From Candidatus Multivoradales bacterium (lineage in GTDB: Bacteria > Acidobacteriota > Thermoanaerobaculia > Multivoradales > Multivoraceae): a stretch of DNA of 64,000 nt. This document shows positions 1-9,966 of the stretch, one piece after another. Position 1 is the stretch's first letter, and every line of letters begins with the position of its first letter. A model generated the notes under the pieces. That model made no database searches and was not told the origin of the DNA. It saw only the letters and a program-made list of their open reading frames with translations. A program made the translations under genes and the position numbers. Location: the NCBI GenBank assembly GCA_965223325.1, contig CBDCWI010000002.1:416001-480000 (forward strand), written 5' to 3'.

Positions 1-858
1 GACACCATCACTCCGGTGACCTCGACGATCACAGAGGAATACCTGGCGCGTGAGTGGGTCGAGCCGCGGCTGGTCGACGTGCCATCGAGCCACCAGAAGC
101 GGCCGGTGCGTTCGCGGCTCTACCTGCCGGCAGCGGACGCCCCCAACCGAACGGCGGAGGGCAAGCGGCCAGCGGTGATGTTCGTGCACGGTGCTGGCTA
201 CCTCCAGAACGCCCATGCCGGCTGGTCAGGGTACTTTCGCGAATTCATGTTCCACACCCTCCTGACCGAGCGCGGCTTCGTGGTTCTCGATATGGACTAC
301 CGCGGTTCGGCTGGCTACGGGCGTGACTGGCGAACGGCCATCTATCGCCAGATGGGGCACCCGGAGGTCGAGGACCTCAAAGACGGGGCCGCCTGGCTGG
401 CCGAGCACCACGACGTCGACCCCGAGCGCGTCGGGGTCTATGGTGGTTCCTACGGCGGTTTCCTCGCCTTCATGTCGCTGTTTACCGAGCCCGACCTCTT
501 CGCCGCCGGCGCGGCTCTTCGGCCGGTCACCGACTGGGCGCACTACAACCACCCCTACACCTCGAACATTCTCAACACTCCCGAAGACGACCCCGAGGCC
601 TACGCCCGCAGCTCGCCGATCGAGTTCGCCGACGGCCTTTCGTCGCACCTGTTGATCTGCGCGCCGATGTTGGACGACAACGTGTTCTTCCAGGACACCG
701 TGCGCCTTGTGCAACGGCTCATCGAGCTCGAGAAGGAGAACTGGGACGTCGCGCTCTACCCGGTCGAAGCGCACGGTTTTCGCCAGCCTTCGAGCTGGCT
801 CGACGAGTACCGGCGGATTCTCGAGCTGTTCGAGGAAAACCTGCTCGATTCGCTCTAG
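1..858 (+). CDS. S9 family prolyl oligopeptidase / dipeptidyl peptidase IV-like, C-terminal catalytic domain (5'-partial)
   Basis: Frame open from base 1; nucleophile motif GGSYGG, DDNV (Asp) and EAHG (His) triad, DYRGSAGYG motif. Confidence 0.9.
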   Translation, partial: DTITPVTSTITEEYLAREWVEPRLVDVPSSHQKRPVRSRLYLPAADAPNRTAEGKRPAVMFVHGAGYLQNAHAGWSGYFREFMFHTLLTERGFVVLDMDYRGSAGYGRDWRTAIYRQMGHPEVEDLKDGAAWLAEHHDVDPERVGVYGGSYGGFLAFMSLFTEPDLFAAGAALRPVTDWAHYNHPYTSNILNTPEDDPEAYARSSPIEFADGLSSHLLICAPMLDDNVFFQDTVRLVQRLIELEKENWDVALYPVEAHGFRQPSSWLDEYRRILELFEENLLDSL

Positions 859-887
859 CCGAGCACCTCCGGTGGTACCGTCCCGCC

Positions 888-2282
888 ATGCAACTGGGTT
901 TTGTTCTCGACCAGGGGGCCTGCATTGGCTGCCACGCCTGCACCGTCGCCTGCAAGGCGGAGAACGACGTTCCCCTGGGGTCGTTTCGGACCTGGGTGAA
1001 GTGGATCGAGAAGGGTGAGTTCCCAGAGACCCAGCGGGCGGCTGCGGTCTTGCGCTGTAACCACTGCAGCGATGCACCGTGCATCTCGATCTGCCCCACC
1101 GGAGCGCTGCACAAACTGGACAACGGCATCGTCGACCTCGACCCGCGCTCCTGCATCGGCTGTGCCTCGTGCCTCCAGGCCTGCCCCTACGACGCGATCT
1201 ACATCGACGACCGCGTGGGCACCGCCGCCAAGTGCCACTTCTGCGCCCATCGCATCGAGGTCCAGATGGCCCCGGCTTGCGTCTCGGTATGCCCCGAACA
1301 GGCGATCAAGGTCGTCGACATGGCGGCGCCCGGAATGCTCGTCGAACTCGCCGAGCGCGGCGCCACCGTTCGTAAGGCCGAGCGTGGCACCCGCCCGCAG
1401 ACTTCGTACCTGGGGGCCGATCCGGCAACCCTCGACCCGCTCGCCGTCGATGGCACGCGCACCCTCTCGCACGCCGAAGTGCCGAACCCGCTACCCGCTC
1501 CCGGCAACACCGACGCGCGTGCGGTGTACGACGTGCCGAGGAAGCGCCAGTGGGGCTCGAAGATCGCTGCCTACATGGTGACCAAGGCGATCGCCTCAGG
1601 GGCCCTCTTGTGCGCTGCGGCCAGCCCCTGGGTGGCACCGCTCGCCGCCGAGGCCCAGGCACTCGGCTGGATAGGGGTCATCTTCACCGTCATCACCGCC
1701 ATCTTGTTGGTCAGCGATCTGCACAAGCCCAGCCGTTTCTTCTACGTCTTGACCCGGCCCAACACCACGTCCTGGTTGGTCAAAGGTGGCTGGGTGATCA
1801 CCGCGCATGGCGCGCTTTCGTTCCTGTGGGCCGTCGGAGCCGGTGCCCGACCAGGGCTGGCGACGGGGCTCGCCGTCGCCTCGGTTCCCCTGGCGATCTT
1901 GATGTCGATCTATACGGCGTTCCTCTTCCGGCAGGCGCGCGGGCGTGAACTGTGGTCTGAAGACATCTGGCTGCCGGCGGTCCTCGCGGTGCAATCGCTG
2001 GTCTCGGCTGTCGCCATCGCTGGTTTCTTGGGGGTGTCGGTTCCGGGCGGCGTCTGGGCCTGGCTGCTCCTCTACCCGATCGTCATGCTGCTCTCATCCC
2101 TCTGGCCGCAACCCACCCACCAGGCGCGGGTCGCGCACGGGCTCATGCTCCGGCACCCGGCCTTCGCCGTCGGCGCGGTGTTCTCCCTTCTGGCGCTGGT
2201 CGTACCGGTCCTTCTCTTCCTCGCCTTCCTGTTCTTCGATTGGGTCTACGTCAGAGCCGGTCAGGAGGTCGCCCTGTCGTGA
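888..2282 (+). CDS. 4Fe-4S dicluster protein (DmsB/NrfC-like) fused to NrfD/PsrC-type membrane anchor
   Basis: CIGCHACTVAC, CNHCSDAPCISICP, CIGCASCLQACP, CHFC...CVSVCP motifs, then multi-TM region with W..IAAY and DLHKPSRF...SWLVKG NrfD signatures. Confidence 0.88.
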   Translation: MQLGFVLDQGACIGCHACTVACKAENDVPLGSFRTWVKWIEKGEFPETQRAAAVLRCNHCSDAPCISICPTGALHKLDNGIVDLDPRSCIGCASCLQACPYDAIYIDDRVGTAAKCHFCAHRIEVQMAPACVSVCPEQAIKVVDMAAPGMLVELAERGATVRKAERGTRPQTSYLGADPATLDPLAVDGTRTLSHAEVPNPLPAPGNTDARAVYDVPRKRQWGSKIAAYMVTKAIASGALLCAAASPWVAPLAAEAQALGWIGVIFTVITAILLVSDLHKPSRFFYVLTRPNTTSWLVKGGWVITAHGALSFLWAVGAGARPGLATGLAVASVPLAILMSIYTAFLFRQARGRELWSEDIWLPAVLAVQSLVSAVAIAGFLGVSVPGGVWAWLLLYPIVMLLSSLWPQPTHQARVAHGLMLRHPAFAVGAVFSLLALVVPVLLFLAFLFFDWVYVRAGQEVALS

Positions 2283-4990
2283 CCGACCAGAACCATCGCA
2301 CTCCGAAACCACCGCTTCCGTTCCTTCCCGAGGGCATGTGTAGAGCGCCACCACCCGAGCGCTGGGACGACTGGGAAGAGCTCGACCCCAGCGCCTGGCC
2401 GGAGCGCAAGAAGCGCAGTCTCAGGTTGGTACCGACGATCTGCTTCAACTGCGAGTCGGGCTGCGGTCTGCTCGGCTACGTCGACCGGGCAACCGGTGAG
2501 ACAACCAAGTTCGAGGGCAATCCGGCTCACCCGGGCAGCCGCGGGCGGGTGTGCGCCAAGGGGCCCGCGACCCTCAACCAGGTCAACGACCCGGATCGCA
2601 TCCTCTATCCCTTGAAGCAGAAGGGGAAGCGCGGCAGTGGCGACTGGCAGCGCGTCGACTGGGAGGAAGTCCTCGAAGTGATCGGCGGCCGCATCGGCCG
2701 CGCGCTGGCCGAGGACCGTCGTACCGAGGTGATGTACCACGTTGGAAGGCCGGGTCACGACGGCACCATGGAGCGCATTCTGCAGGCCTGGGGTGTCGAC
2801 GGCCACAACAGCCACACCAACGTGTGCTCGAGTGCGGCGCGTCTCGGCTACGTGGTGACCTGCGGTGCCGACCGGCCGTCGCCCGACTACGAGAACGCCG
2901 GCACGGTGCTGCTTCTGTCGTCTCACCTCGAGGCTGGCCACTACTTCAACCCGCACGCCCAGCGCATCATCGAAGGCAAACAGAAAGGCGCGCGCCTGAT
3001 CGTCATGGACCCGCGGCTCTCCAACACTGCCGCCAAAGCCGATCTGTGGTTGCCGACCTGGCCAGGTTCGGAAGCCACCGTCCTGCTCGCGATCTGTCGC
3101 GACCTTCTCGACCGAGGTTGTTTCGACCGCCAGCTTCTCGACGAGCACTCCAACTGGCGCGAGACTCTCGCCCACCTCAGCCCCGGGCAAGAGGCCGGGA
3201 GTTTCGACGACTTCATCGCCGCCTTCCGCGAGCACCTCGCCCCCTTCACCTTCGAGCGCGCCGCCCTGGAGAGCCGGGTCGACATTGAACGGCTGCGCAA
3301 GGCGGCGCGCTGGATTGGTGAGCGGCCTGGCGGCCTTGCCAGTCACGTCTGGCGGGGCCCAGCGACCGGCAACCTGGGCGGCTGGCAGATCGCCCGCGCG
3401 CTGCAGATTCTGAACATTGTCAGCGGCTCGGTCGGAACCGAGGGCGGCACAGCACCCAACTCGTGGCACAAGTGGAAGGCGGCCGCGCACATGAAGCCGG
3501 CGCCGCAAACGATGTGGAACGAGCTGCTCTACCCGCGTGACTACCCGCTCGCCTTTCACGAGCTCAGTCCCCTCCTGCCCTACCTGGTCACCCCCGAGAA
3601 CCGCGTCGATACATACTTCACGCGCGTTTTCAACCCGGTGTGGACTTACCCTGACGGAGTTGCCTGGATCGATCTCTTGCGCGACGAGGAACGCATCGGC
3701 CTGCACGCAGCCCTCACGCCCACCTGGAACGAAACCGCGCGCTACGCCGACTACGTGCTGCCGATGGGCCTCGCCTCCGAGCGCCACGACATCATGAGCC
3801 AGGAGACCCACGCCGGCGCCTGGATCGGTTTTCGCCAGCCCATTGCACGGGTACTCGCCGAACGCGACGGGAAACCAGTCGAGTTCACCTGGCAGGCGAA
3901 TCCTGGCGAGGTGTGGGAAGAGGAAGAGTTCTTCTTCGAACTTTCGTGGGCCATCGATCCGGAGGGAGCTCTGGGCGTCCGGCAGCACTTCGAATCGCCC
4001 TATCGCCCGGGAGAGAAACTCACCATCGACGAGCACTACCAGTGGATCTTCGAGAATTCGGTCCCCGGCCTACCCGAGGCGGCTGCCCAGGAAGGCCTCA
4101 GCGCGCTCGCCTACATGCGACGCTATGGCGCGTTCTCTGTCTCCGACCAGGTGTACGCGCTGCATGAGCCACGTGAACGACGTCCGATGGGCTCAGACGC
4201 CCAGGAACAGCGGCCCTTCAAGACCCCGAGTGGCAAACTCGAGATCTACTCCGAGACCCTCGCGACATGGGGCTGGCCAGAGTACGCGATGCCCGGTTCG
4301 ATCGAAAGTCATGTCGCACACCGCCGACTCGCTCCAGACGAGATGGTCCTCTTGCCCACCTTCCGTCTACCCACCTTGATTCACTCACGCTCGGCCAACT
4401 CGGAATGGCTGGCCGAAATCAGCCACAAGAATCCGCTCTGGATGCACCCCCAGGACGCCGATCGACTGGGCATCGCCGAACAGGATCTGGTGCGCGTCGA
4501 AACCGAGATCGGCCACTTCGTGCTCTACCCGTACATCACCGAGGGTCTGCTACCGGGAATCGTCGCCTGCAGCCATCACCTGGGGCGCTGGCATCAAAAG
4601 CAGGACAGAGACGCCTCGCGCTGGGCCAGCGCCGAGGTGGCGCTCTTGGTCGAAGGAGACACCTGGCGCTGGCGACGAACCGGCAGCCTCGAAGGGCAAT
4701 CGATCTGGTGGAGCGAAAGTGGAGTCCACCAGAACATCACCTTTCCGGTCCACCCTGACCCGATCAGCGGCATGCACTGCTGGCATCAGAAGGTCCGCGT
4801 GGGCCGCGCCGCGGAAGGCGATCGTTTTGGCGACATCCTGGTCGACCGCAAGCGCGCCCGCGAGGTGTATGAAAAGTGGCGCGCGATGACACGCGCGCCA
4901 CAAGGCAACCTCAGGCGGCCCCTGTGGATGGCACGCCACGTGCGCCCCGATGACAACGCCTACGCGCTGCCGCCCCACCGTGGCGACTGA
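2279..4990 (+). CDS. Molybdopterin (Mo/W-bisPGD) oxidoreductase catalytic subunit
   Basis: CFNCESGC...CAKG Fe-S motif, DPDRILYPL, DPRLSNTA, ADYVLP, C-terminal LWMHPQDA domain; GTG start at 2279 overlaps upstream stop (GTGA). Confidence 0.88.
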   Translation: MTDQNHRTPKPPLPFLPEGMCRAPPPERWDDWEELDPSAWPERKKRSLRLVPTICFNCESGCGLLGYVDRATGETTKFEGNPAHPGSRGRVCAKGPATLNQVNDPDRILYPLKQKGKRGSGDWQRVDWEEVLEVIGGRIGRALAEDRRTEVMYHVGRPGHDGTMERILQAWGVDGHNSHTNVCSSAARLGYVVTCGADRPSPDYENAGTVLLLSSHLEAGHYFNPHAQRIIEGKQKGARLIVMDPRLSNTAAKADLWLPTWPGSEATVLLAICRDLLDRGCFDRQLLDEHSNWRETLAHLSPGQEAGSFDDFIAAFREHLAPFTFERAALESRVDIERLRKAARWIGERPGGLASHVWRGPATGNLGGWQIARALQILNIVSGSVGTEGGTAPNSWHKWKAAAHMKPAPQTMWNELLYPRDYPLAFHELSPLLPYLVTPENRVDTYFTRVFNPVWTYPDGVAWIDLLRDEERIGLHAALTPTWNETARYADYVLPMGLASERHDIMSQETHAGAWIGFRQPIARVLAERDGKPVEFTWQANPGEVWEEEEFFFELSWAIDPEGALGVRQHFESPYRPGEKLTIDEHYQWIFENSVPGLPEAAAQEGLSALAYMRRYGAFSVSDQVYALHEPRERRPMGSDAQEQRPFKTPSGKLEIYSETLATWGWPEYAMPGSIESHVAHRRLAPDEMVLLPTFRLPTLIHSRSANSEWLAEISHKNPLWMHPQDADRLGIAEQDLVRVETEIGHFVLYPYITEGLLPGIVACSHHLGRWHQKQDRDASRWASAEVALLVEGDTWRWRRTGSLEGQSIWWSESGVHQNITFPVHPDPISGMHCWHQKVRVGRAAEGDRFGDILVDRKRAREVYEKWRAMTRAPQGNLRRPLWMARHVRPDDNAYALPPHRGD

Positions 4991-5044
4991 CTCCCCCTTC
5001 CTCGCGGGGTCGCCTCACACCGCAAGGTGAGAACAGGAGATCCA

Positions 5045-5548
5045 ATGAAAGAGCTCATTCTCCTCCGGCATGGAAAGTCTGACTGGGGTGCAGAAGCCTC
5101 GAGCGACCACGAGCGACCGCTCAATCCACGCGGGCGGGAAGCTGCCGCGCAGGTCGGGCGCTTCCTCGAAACGAGCGGCCGCCGGCCGGACCGTATCGTC
5201 TCGTCGACCGCAGTGCGCGCTCGAACGACCGCCGAACGCGCCGCCGAGTCAGCCGGCTGGGCCGACCTCTCAATCGAGCTCGAACCGGCGCTCTACGGCG
5301 CCTCAGTCGACCAGGTCCTGGCTGTCGCCGCGGGCAGCGCTCCGACCGTCGAGCGCCTCCTGGTGGCCGGACACGAGCCGACCAGCTCGGACGTGGTGAG
5401 GCGGTTGACCGGTGCGCGCGTGCGCTTCCCGACCGCCAATCTCGCCTGCATTCGGCTGTTCATCACCGACTGGCGCGAGGCACCCAGCGCAGTTGGGGAA
5501 CTCTTGTGGATGTGCCCGCCAAGGCTGGCCAAGCCCTTCTTCGACTGA
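5045..5548 (+). CDS. sixA: Phosphohistidine phosphatase SixA
   Basis: LILLRHGKS, DHERPL, SSTAVRA, VAGHEP, FPTA motifs; AGGAG RBS before ATG 5045. Confidence 0.88.
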   Translation: MKELILLRHGKSDWGAEASSDHERPLNPRGREAAAQVGRFLETSGRRPDRIVSSTAVRARTTAERAAESAGWADLSIELEPALYGASVDQVLAVAAGSAPTVERLLVAGHEPTSSDVVRRLTGARVRFPTANLACIRLFITDWREAPSAVGELLWMCPPRLAKPFFD

Positions 5549-5559
5549 AGGAGAAGGGC
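5533..5559. terminator. Hairpin at convergent sixA/ABC permease junction, possible bidirectional terminator
   Basis: GCCCTTCT (5533-5540) / AGAAGGGC (5552-5559) inverted repeat spanning sixA stop; no clear U-tract. Confidence 0.35.
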
Positions 5560-5570
5560 GCACTCACCCC

Positions 5571-5630
5571 GCAGTCTGTCTCCGTGCAGTCCGTCTCCGT
5601 GCAGTCCGTCTCCGCGTACTCAGTCTCCGC
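5571..5630. repeat. 15-bp tandem repeat (3 good copies + 1 degenerate)
   Basis: GCAGTCTGTCTCCGT / GCAGTCCGTCTCCGT / GCAGTCCGTCTCCGC / GTACTCAGTCTCCGC. Confidence 0.85.
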
Positions 5631-8600
5631 GCAATGCCGGCAGCAGTTCGAAGCTCAAGGCGCGCCGGACCGCAGCGAGGCTCGCCAGGCTGCCGACCAG
5701 GAGGACCGCCAACAGGGTCATCGCGAGACTGAGCCAGGGAACCGAAGCGCTCTGCTCGAGCAGATGCGGCCAGACGGCGACCAGGGCCGCCAGCGTGCCG
5801 ACGACCATGCCGGCGATCAAGACCAGGCCGTTTTCGGCCATCACCATCGTCGCCAGGCGGCGACCGCGGAAGCCGACGGCACGCAAGAGAGCGAGCTCGC
5901 GCCGGCGCTCCATCACGTTGCGTAGCAGAATGACTGCCAACCCCAGCGTTCCGAGCAAGAGGCCCAACCCACCCAGCGCCTGAAAGGTCCCCAGGTAGGT
6001 GTTTTCGACCGCCTGGAAGGCCTGCAGACGGGCGGCCGTCGTCGTCACGTCCATTCCGAAGGAATCAAGACCTTCCTCGAGCGTGTTGGTGATCACCGCT
6101 CCGCTCCCGACCGGGGCATCGATCAAGAACGAGGAGTAGCCCTCGATTCCCGGGAAGTGAGCGAGGAGCTGAGATTCGGCGATCACCAGTTCACTTTGAA
6201 AGACACTCTTGCGCAGAAGTCCCACGATACGGAGCCGTACCGTCTCTCCGCGCGCGTTCTCGAACTCGACCTCCTTGCCGAGTCCCGACTTGAGGATCCA
6301 GCGCACCGAATTGGCGTCTCCAAAGGCCGGCACTCTGCCACCTTCGAGGTCTTGTTCGAGTAACGACCAGGGATTCTCCGGCGGGCTCTCGAGGCCGAAA
6401 CTCTCCAGGTCGAGACCGGAGAACGTGAAACCCCCGCGCTCGATCAACTCCCGCGGTGCTCCCAGGAGCCGCGGCTCACTTGGCTGATAGAGGTTCAAGC
6501 AGCTGACGTCGTCTCCGCTGCGCACCCGGAAGGGGACGATCGTCGACGACTGAAATGCCTCCTCACTCTCTCCGCCAGCCGGGAGACCGAGCTCGAAGCG
6601 CCCGGTGGGAGTGCCCAGATCGTGATGAACGGCGATGTCTGACTCCGCCAGCAGGCTGAAGCCACCCGCACCCGAGCTGCGCTCGCGCAGCTCCTCACCG
6701 AAACGCAGTCCGTAGGCTCCCACCGAAACGATGACGAAGCACGCCGAGGCCACCAGCGCCGTGCTCAAAAGACTCCGCCCGGGATGCAGTCCCGCGTTGG
6801 CAAATGCCAGGCGACTCGGGCGACCAAAGCCGGAGCTCACACCGCCCCACCGCCCGGGTCGCAACAACATCGCAACCACCGCCAGGCCAAAACCCAGGAG
6901 GGCCGCGCCGAGGCCGAAAAAGAGCGCCGGGGCGGCTGTGCTGGCAACGGTCATCGAGGCTGCCAACAGCAGAAGAGCCAACCCCAGGCAGACCGCCGCC
7001 ACCCAACGGGCGCGCGAGGTCGAGCGTTGCTCGCCGGCATCGTCACTGGTGACGCCCCGCAGGAGAGCGGGAACCGGTAGCGCCGCCAGGCGGCGCACGG
7101 CTCTTTGCACCGCAAAGAGAATCACCAGAAACGAAGCGATCGCGCCAATGAAGAGGCTCAGCGGGCTGATGAACAACTCGAGCCGCGTTGCACCGACTGC
7201 GCCGCGCCAAAGCGTGGTGAGCGCGAAGATCATGGTTGCGGCGTAGGCGACAGCCAGAGCCACTCCGAGAGCGACGCCGAGGCCACCGAGAAGAGCGCCC
7301 TCGCCCAGGAAGCGCAGGCGAACCCCCTTGATGCTCTCTCCGATCGCCAGGCGAAGACCGAGCTCCGCAGCGCGACTCTCGACCAGGAGGCGAAAGAATA
7401 AGCCCACCAGGAGCGCCGCGGCGGCGATCAGGAACATGCTGAAGCCCAAGAACAGGCCGGTAAAGTCCGTCGCACCGCGCGCAGCATCGAGACTGCTGGC
7501 CTTGATGTCCTGAACGGCCAGGCCCGCCGCCGCCAGCGGGATGATCTCCGGCAACTCGCGACGCAGCGTCTCATCGAGTTCAGAGGAACCTCCCTCTGCT
7601 GCGAGGCGAATCTCGCTGAGCTCACCAAACCGACTCGACCACATGGCGCGCGCCGTCATCGGATGCACGAAGGCTTTCGGTGCTCCGCGATAGGCGTCCC
7701 AGTACTCTTCGTCGACCGAACGAATCAGCGAGAGGTCCACCGGAAAGGTCGGCTCCCAGTCCGACATGTCATCGACGTCGGAGACGCCCGGGTAGTCGGG
7801 GGTCAGTTCAGGATCGGCGCCCAGGCCACTCTGGCTGAGGATTCCGGCCACTTCGAAGGAACGCACCCGTTCGATCAGCTGCTCACGCTCGCCAACCTCG
7901 AAGTAGGCCAGGCCGACGCGGGCTCCAGCCGACACGTCGAGATTCTGCGCGGCCCATTCGTTGAGCAGAATCTGATCGCGCTCGAGCTCGGGCGGAGTCG
8001 AACCGTCGGTGAGCTGCCACTCTCCCAGCGCCGGCGACAGCGGGGGCGCAATCGCAGAAACCGTTGAATAGGGGATCAGGTCGGGCTCATCGCGACCGTC
8101 TCCGAAGTCAGGCCGAACCTCGACGCCGCGATCACTGATCTTCCACAGCCGATTCGCCAGGTACGTCGACACCGGCATGCTCGCCCAGCCGCGTTCGCGG
8201 GCTAGATCGAGCACTCGCCGCTCGACTTCGGGGCGCAGGATGATCTCGCGACTCCGCAACGCAACATGGTCTTCCTGCGCATTGCCCGCTCTCGAACGAC
8301 GCACCAGGATCTCGAGCCCCAGGTCGCTTTCGCTCGCCTGGCGGGCGAGCGCCTTGCGGAGGGCATCGCCGGCTACGTTCGGGGCTTCCCCGGGAGCACT
8401 GATCAAGAGCGCGTTCACCAGGCCGCGCCGATCGAGGGCACGGACCAGGACCCGCTCTTCGGCGAACGCGACGCGCGCCGAACCGCTCGGGTTGAGCCGG
8501 AAGCTCCCGACTCCACGGTCGGAAATGACCTCTCGCACGGAGAAACGAATCGACCGCACCATTGCGCTGGGATCGGTGTCACCCATCAGGGTCTCGCGGG

Positions 8601-9108
8601 GAACGTCACTCGGGCGCTCGAGCGACAGGAGGACCTCGTCGCCGTTGGTCACTGCGAGTTCCTCGGCAAGCGTCTGGTTGATCACCACCGAAGGGAAGGC
8701 CTGGCCCTCGCGGCGCTCGAACGAGAACGGCGGCTCGGTCGCTTCCGGGTCGTAGACCGAAAAGAAGCGCTCGTCGATACCCTGGACGCCGACCGCCGAA
8801 GCACGACGCCCTGTCTCGGGCGAGCGCATGGCACCCTGGAGCACGATGGCCGGTGCGACCTGCACTTCGCCACTCGGAAGGCTCTCGCCGAGATCCGCCG
8901 CCAGTCGCTCCCCGAGGTCGGCGGTGACGAAGGGCTCAGAGAGAACCGCAAAGTCCACTCCACCGAGACGCTCGAGGGTCAGTTGCCGCAGGCTGCCGCG
9001 AACCGAGTCGCCAACCAGAAGCGCACCAGTGAGAACCGCCGTCGTCGTCGCCGCGGCAAGGACAACCGCGAGACTCGAGCGCCAATAGAACTTCTGGGTG
9101 TCGAGCAT
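5620..9108 (-). CDS. Large ABC transporter permease, FtsX/MacB (type VII) family with duplicated permease domains
   Basis: Two FtsX-type TM blocks (ESRAAELGLRLAIG; ERRRELALLRAVGF), two large extracytoplasmic loops, adjacent ATPase gene. Confidence 0.88.
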   Translation of the reverse strand: MLDTQKFYWRSSLAVVLAAATTTAVLTGALLVGDSVRGSLRQLTLERLGGVDFAVLSEPFVTADLGERLAADLGESLPSGEVQVAPAIVLQGAMRSPETGRRASAVGVQGIDERFFSVYDPEATEPPFSFERREGQAFPSVVINQTLAEELAVTNGDEVLLSLERPSDVPRETLMGDTDPSAMVRSIRFSVREVISDRGVGSFRLNPSGSARVAFAEERVLVRALDRRGLVNALLISAPGEAPNVAGDALRKALARQASESDLGLEILVRRSRAGNAQEDHVALRSREIILRPEVERRVLDLARERGWASMPVSTYLANRLWKISDRGVEVRPDFGDGRDEPDLIPYSTVSAIAPPLSPALGEWQLTDGSTPPELERDQILLNEWAAQNLDVSAGARVGLAYFEVGEREQLIERVRSFEVAGILSQSGLGADPELTPDYPGVSDVDDMSDWEPTFPVDLSLIRSVDEEYWDAYRGAPKAFVHPMTARAMWSSRFGELSEIRLAAEGGSSELDETLRRELPEIIPLAAAGLAVQDIKASSLDAARGATDFTGLFLGFSMFLIAAAALLVGLFFRLLVESRAAELGLRLAIGESIKGVRLRFLGEGALLGGLGVALGVALAVAYAATMIFALTTLWRGAVGATRLELFISPLSLFIGAIASFLVILFAVQRAVRRLAALPVPALLRGVTSDDAGEQRSTSRARWVAAVCLGLALLLLAASMTVASTAAPALFFGLGAALLGFGLAVVAMLLRPGRWGGVSSGFGRPSRLAFANAGLHPGRSLLSTALVASACFVIVSVGAYGLRFGEELRERSSGAGGFSLLAESDIAVHHDLGTPTGRFELGLPAGGESEEAFQSSTIVPFRVRSGDDVSCLNLYQPSEPRLLGAPRELIERGGFTFSGLDLESFGLESPPENPWSLLEQDLEGGRVPAFGDANSVRWILKSGLGKEVEFENARGETVRLRIVGLLRKSVFQSELVIAESQLLAHFPGIEGYSSFLIDAPVGSGAVITNTLEEGLDSFGMDVTTTAARLQAFQAVENTYLGTFQALGGLGLLLGTLGLAVILLRNVMERRRELALLRAVGFRGRRLATMVMAENGLVLIAGMVVGTLAALVAVWPHLLEQSASVPWLSLAMTLLAVLLVGSLASLAAVRRALSFELLPALRGD

Positions 9109-9120
9109 CAGCGGTTGCCC

Positions 9121-9828
9121 TCAGGCCTCTGGTGCCACCAACCGACCGGCTTCGAGATCGCGCCGGACGGGAAAGCGCTCGGCAAGCTCACGATCGTGGG
9201 TGACGACGATCAGCATGCGTTCGCCAACCCCCAGACCGACTTCAAAGAGGAGCTCTGAAACTGCTCCCGCAGTTTCCTGGTCGAGATTGCCGGTCGGTTC
9301 ATCGCAAAGCAGCAGACGCGGGCCGTTGATCAGAGCGCGTGCCACCGCCACACGCTGGCGCTCACCCCCCGAGAGCTCCGCCGGTCGATGACCGTGACGC
9401 TTCGAAAGGCCTACCCTGTCGAGGAGATCGACCGCCACCGCCCGCGCGTCGACCGGCGAGCGGCCAATGGCGGTCGCCGGCAGAACGACGTTCTGGATGA
9501 CATCGAACTGCGGCAAGAGGTGATGGTCCTGGAAGACGAAGCCGACGTGTCGGCCGCGATAGGCGGCGAGCTCGGGCTCGGCCAGCTCGTGCGGGCAGCT
9601 GCCGTCGACCAGGACCCGGCCGCTACTCGGACGGTCAAGGCCACCCAGAATGTGTAGCAGGGTGCTCTTTCCCGAACCCGACGGGCCGGTGATCGCCAAG
9701 GCCTCACCGTTCGCAAGGTCGAGGTCGATATCCTTGAGCACGTCGATCTGGTGCTCGCCAGTCGTGTAGGTGCGCGAGACCCCGCGAACCTCGAGCGCGG
9801 CACCCGGCGGGGCTTCAGCGGACATCAT
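9121..9828 (-). CDS. ABC transporter ATP-binding protein, LolD/MacB-like
   Basis: GPSGSGKST, GFVFQ, LSGGERQRVAVARAL, LLCDEPTGNLD; start set at MMSAE. Confidence 0.92.
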   Translation of the reverse strand: MMSAEAPPGAALEVRGVSRTYTTGEHQIDVLKDIDLDLANGEALAITGPSGSGKSTLLHILGGLDRPSSGRVLVDGSCPHELAEPELAAYRGRHVGFVFQDHHLLPQFDVIQNVVLPATAIGRSPVDARAVAVDLLDRVGLSKRHGHRPAELSGGERQRVAVARALINGPRLLLCDEPTGNLDQETAGAVSELLFEVGLGVGERMLIVVTHDRELAERFPVRRDLEAGRLVAPEA

Positions 9829-9966
9829 GCGGGACCTTTCAGGGAGCGGGAGGGTCGTACGCACCGGTCTCTCAGTCGACGGCCGTAACGGTCCCACCGC
9901 AGGGATTTGAAAGAGTGCCGCAGCATACCGCGCCCGCAACCGCGGACGATCCGCGGCGGCGGCGGC

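Noticed and set aside
5559-5569. CGCACTCACCC 11-bp match to the 28-bp inverted repeat at 37733-37760
   Set aside because: An 11-mer match is plausible by chance in 64 kb of GC-rich DNA
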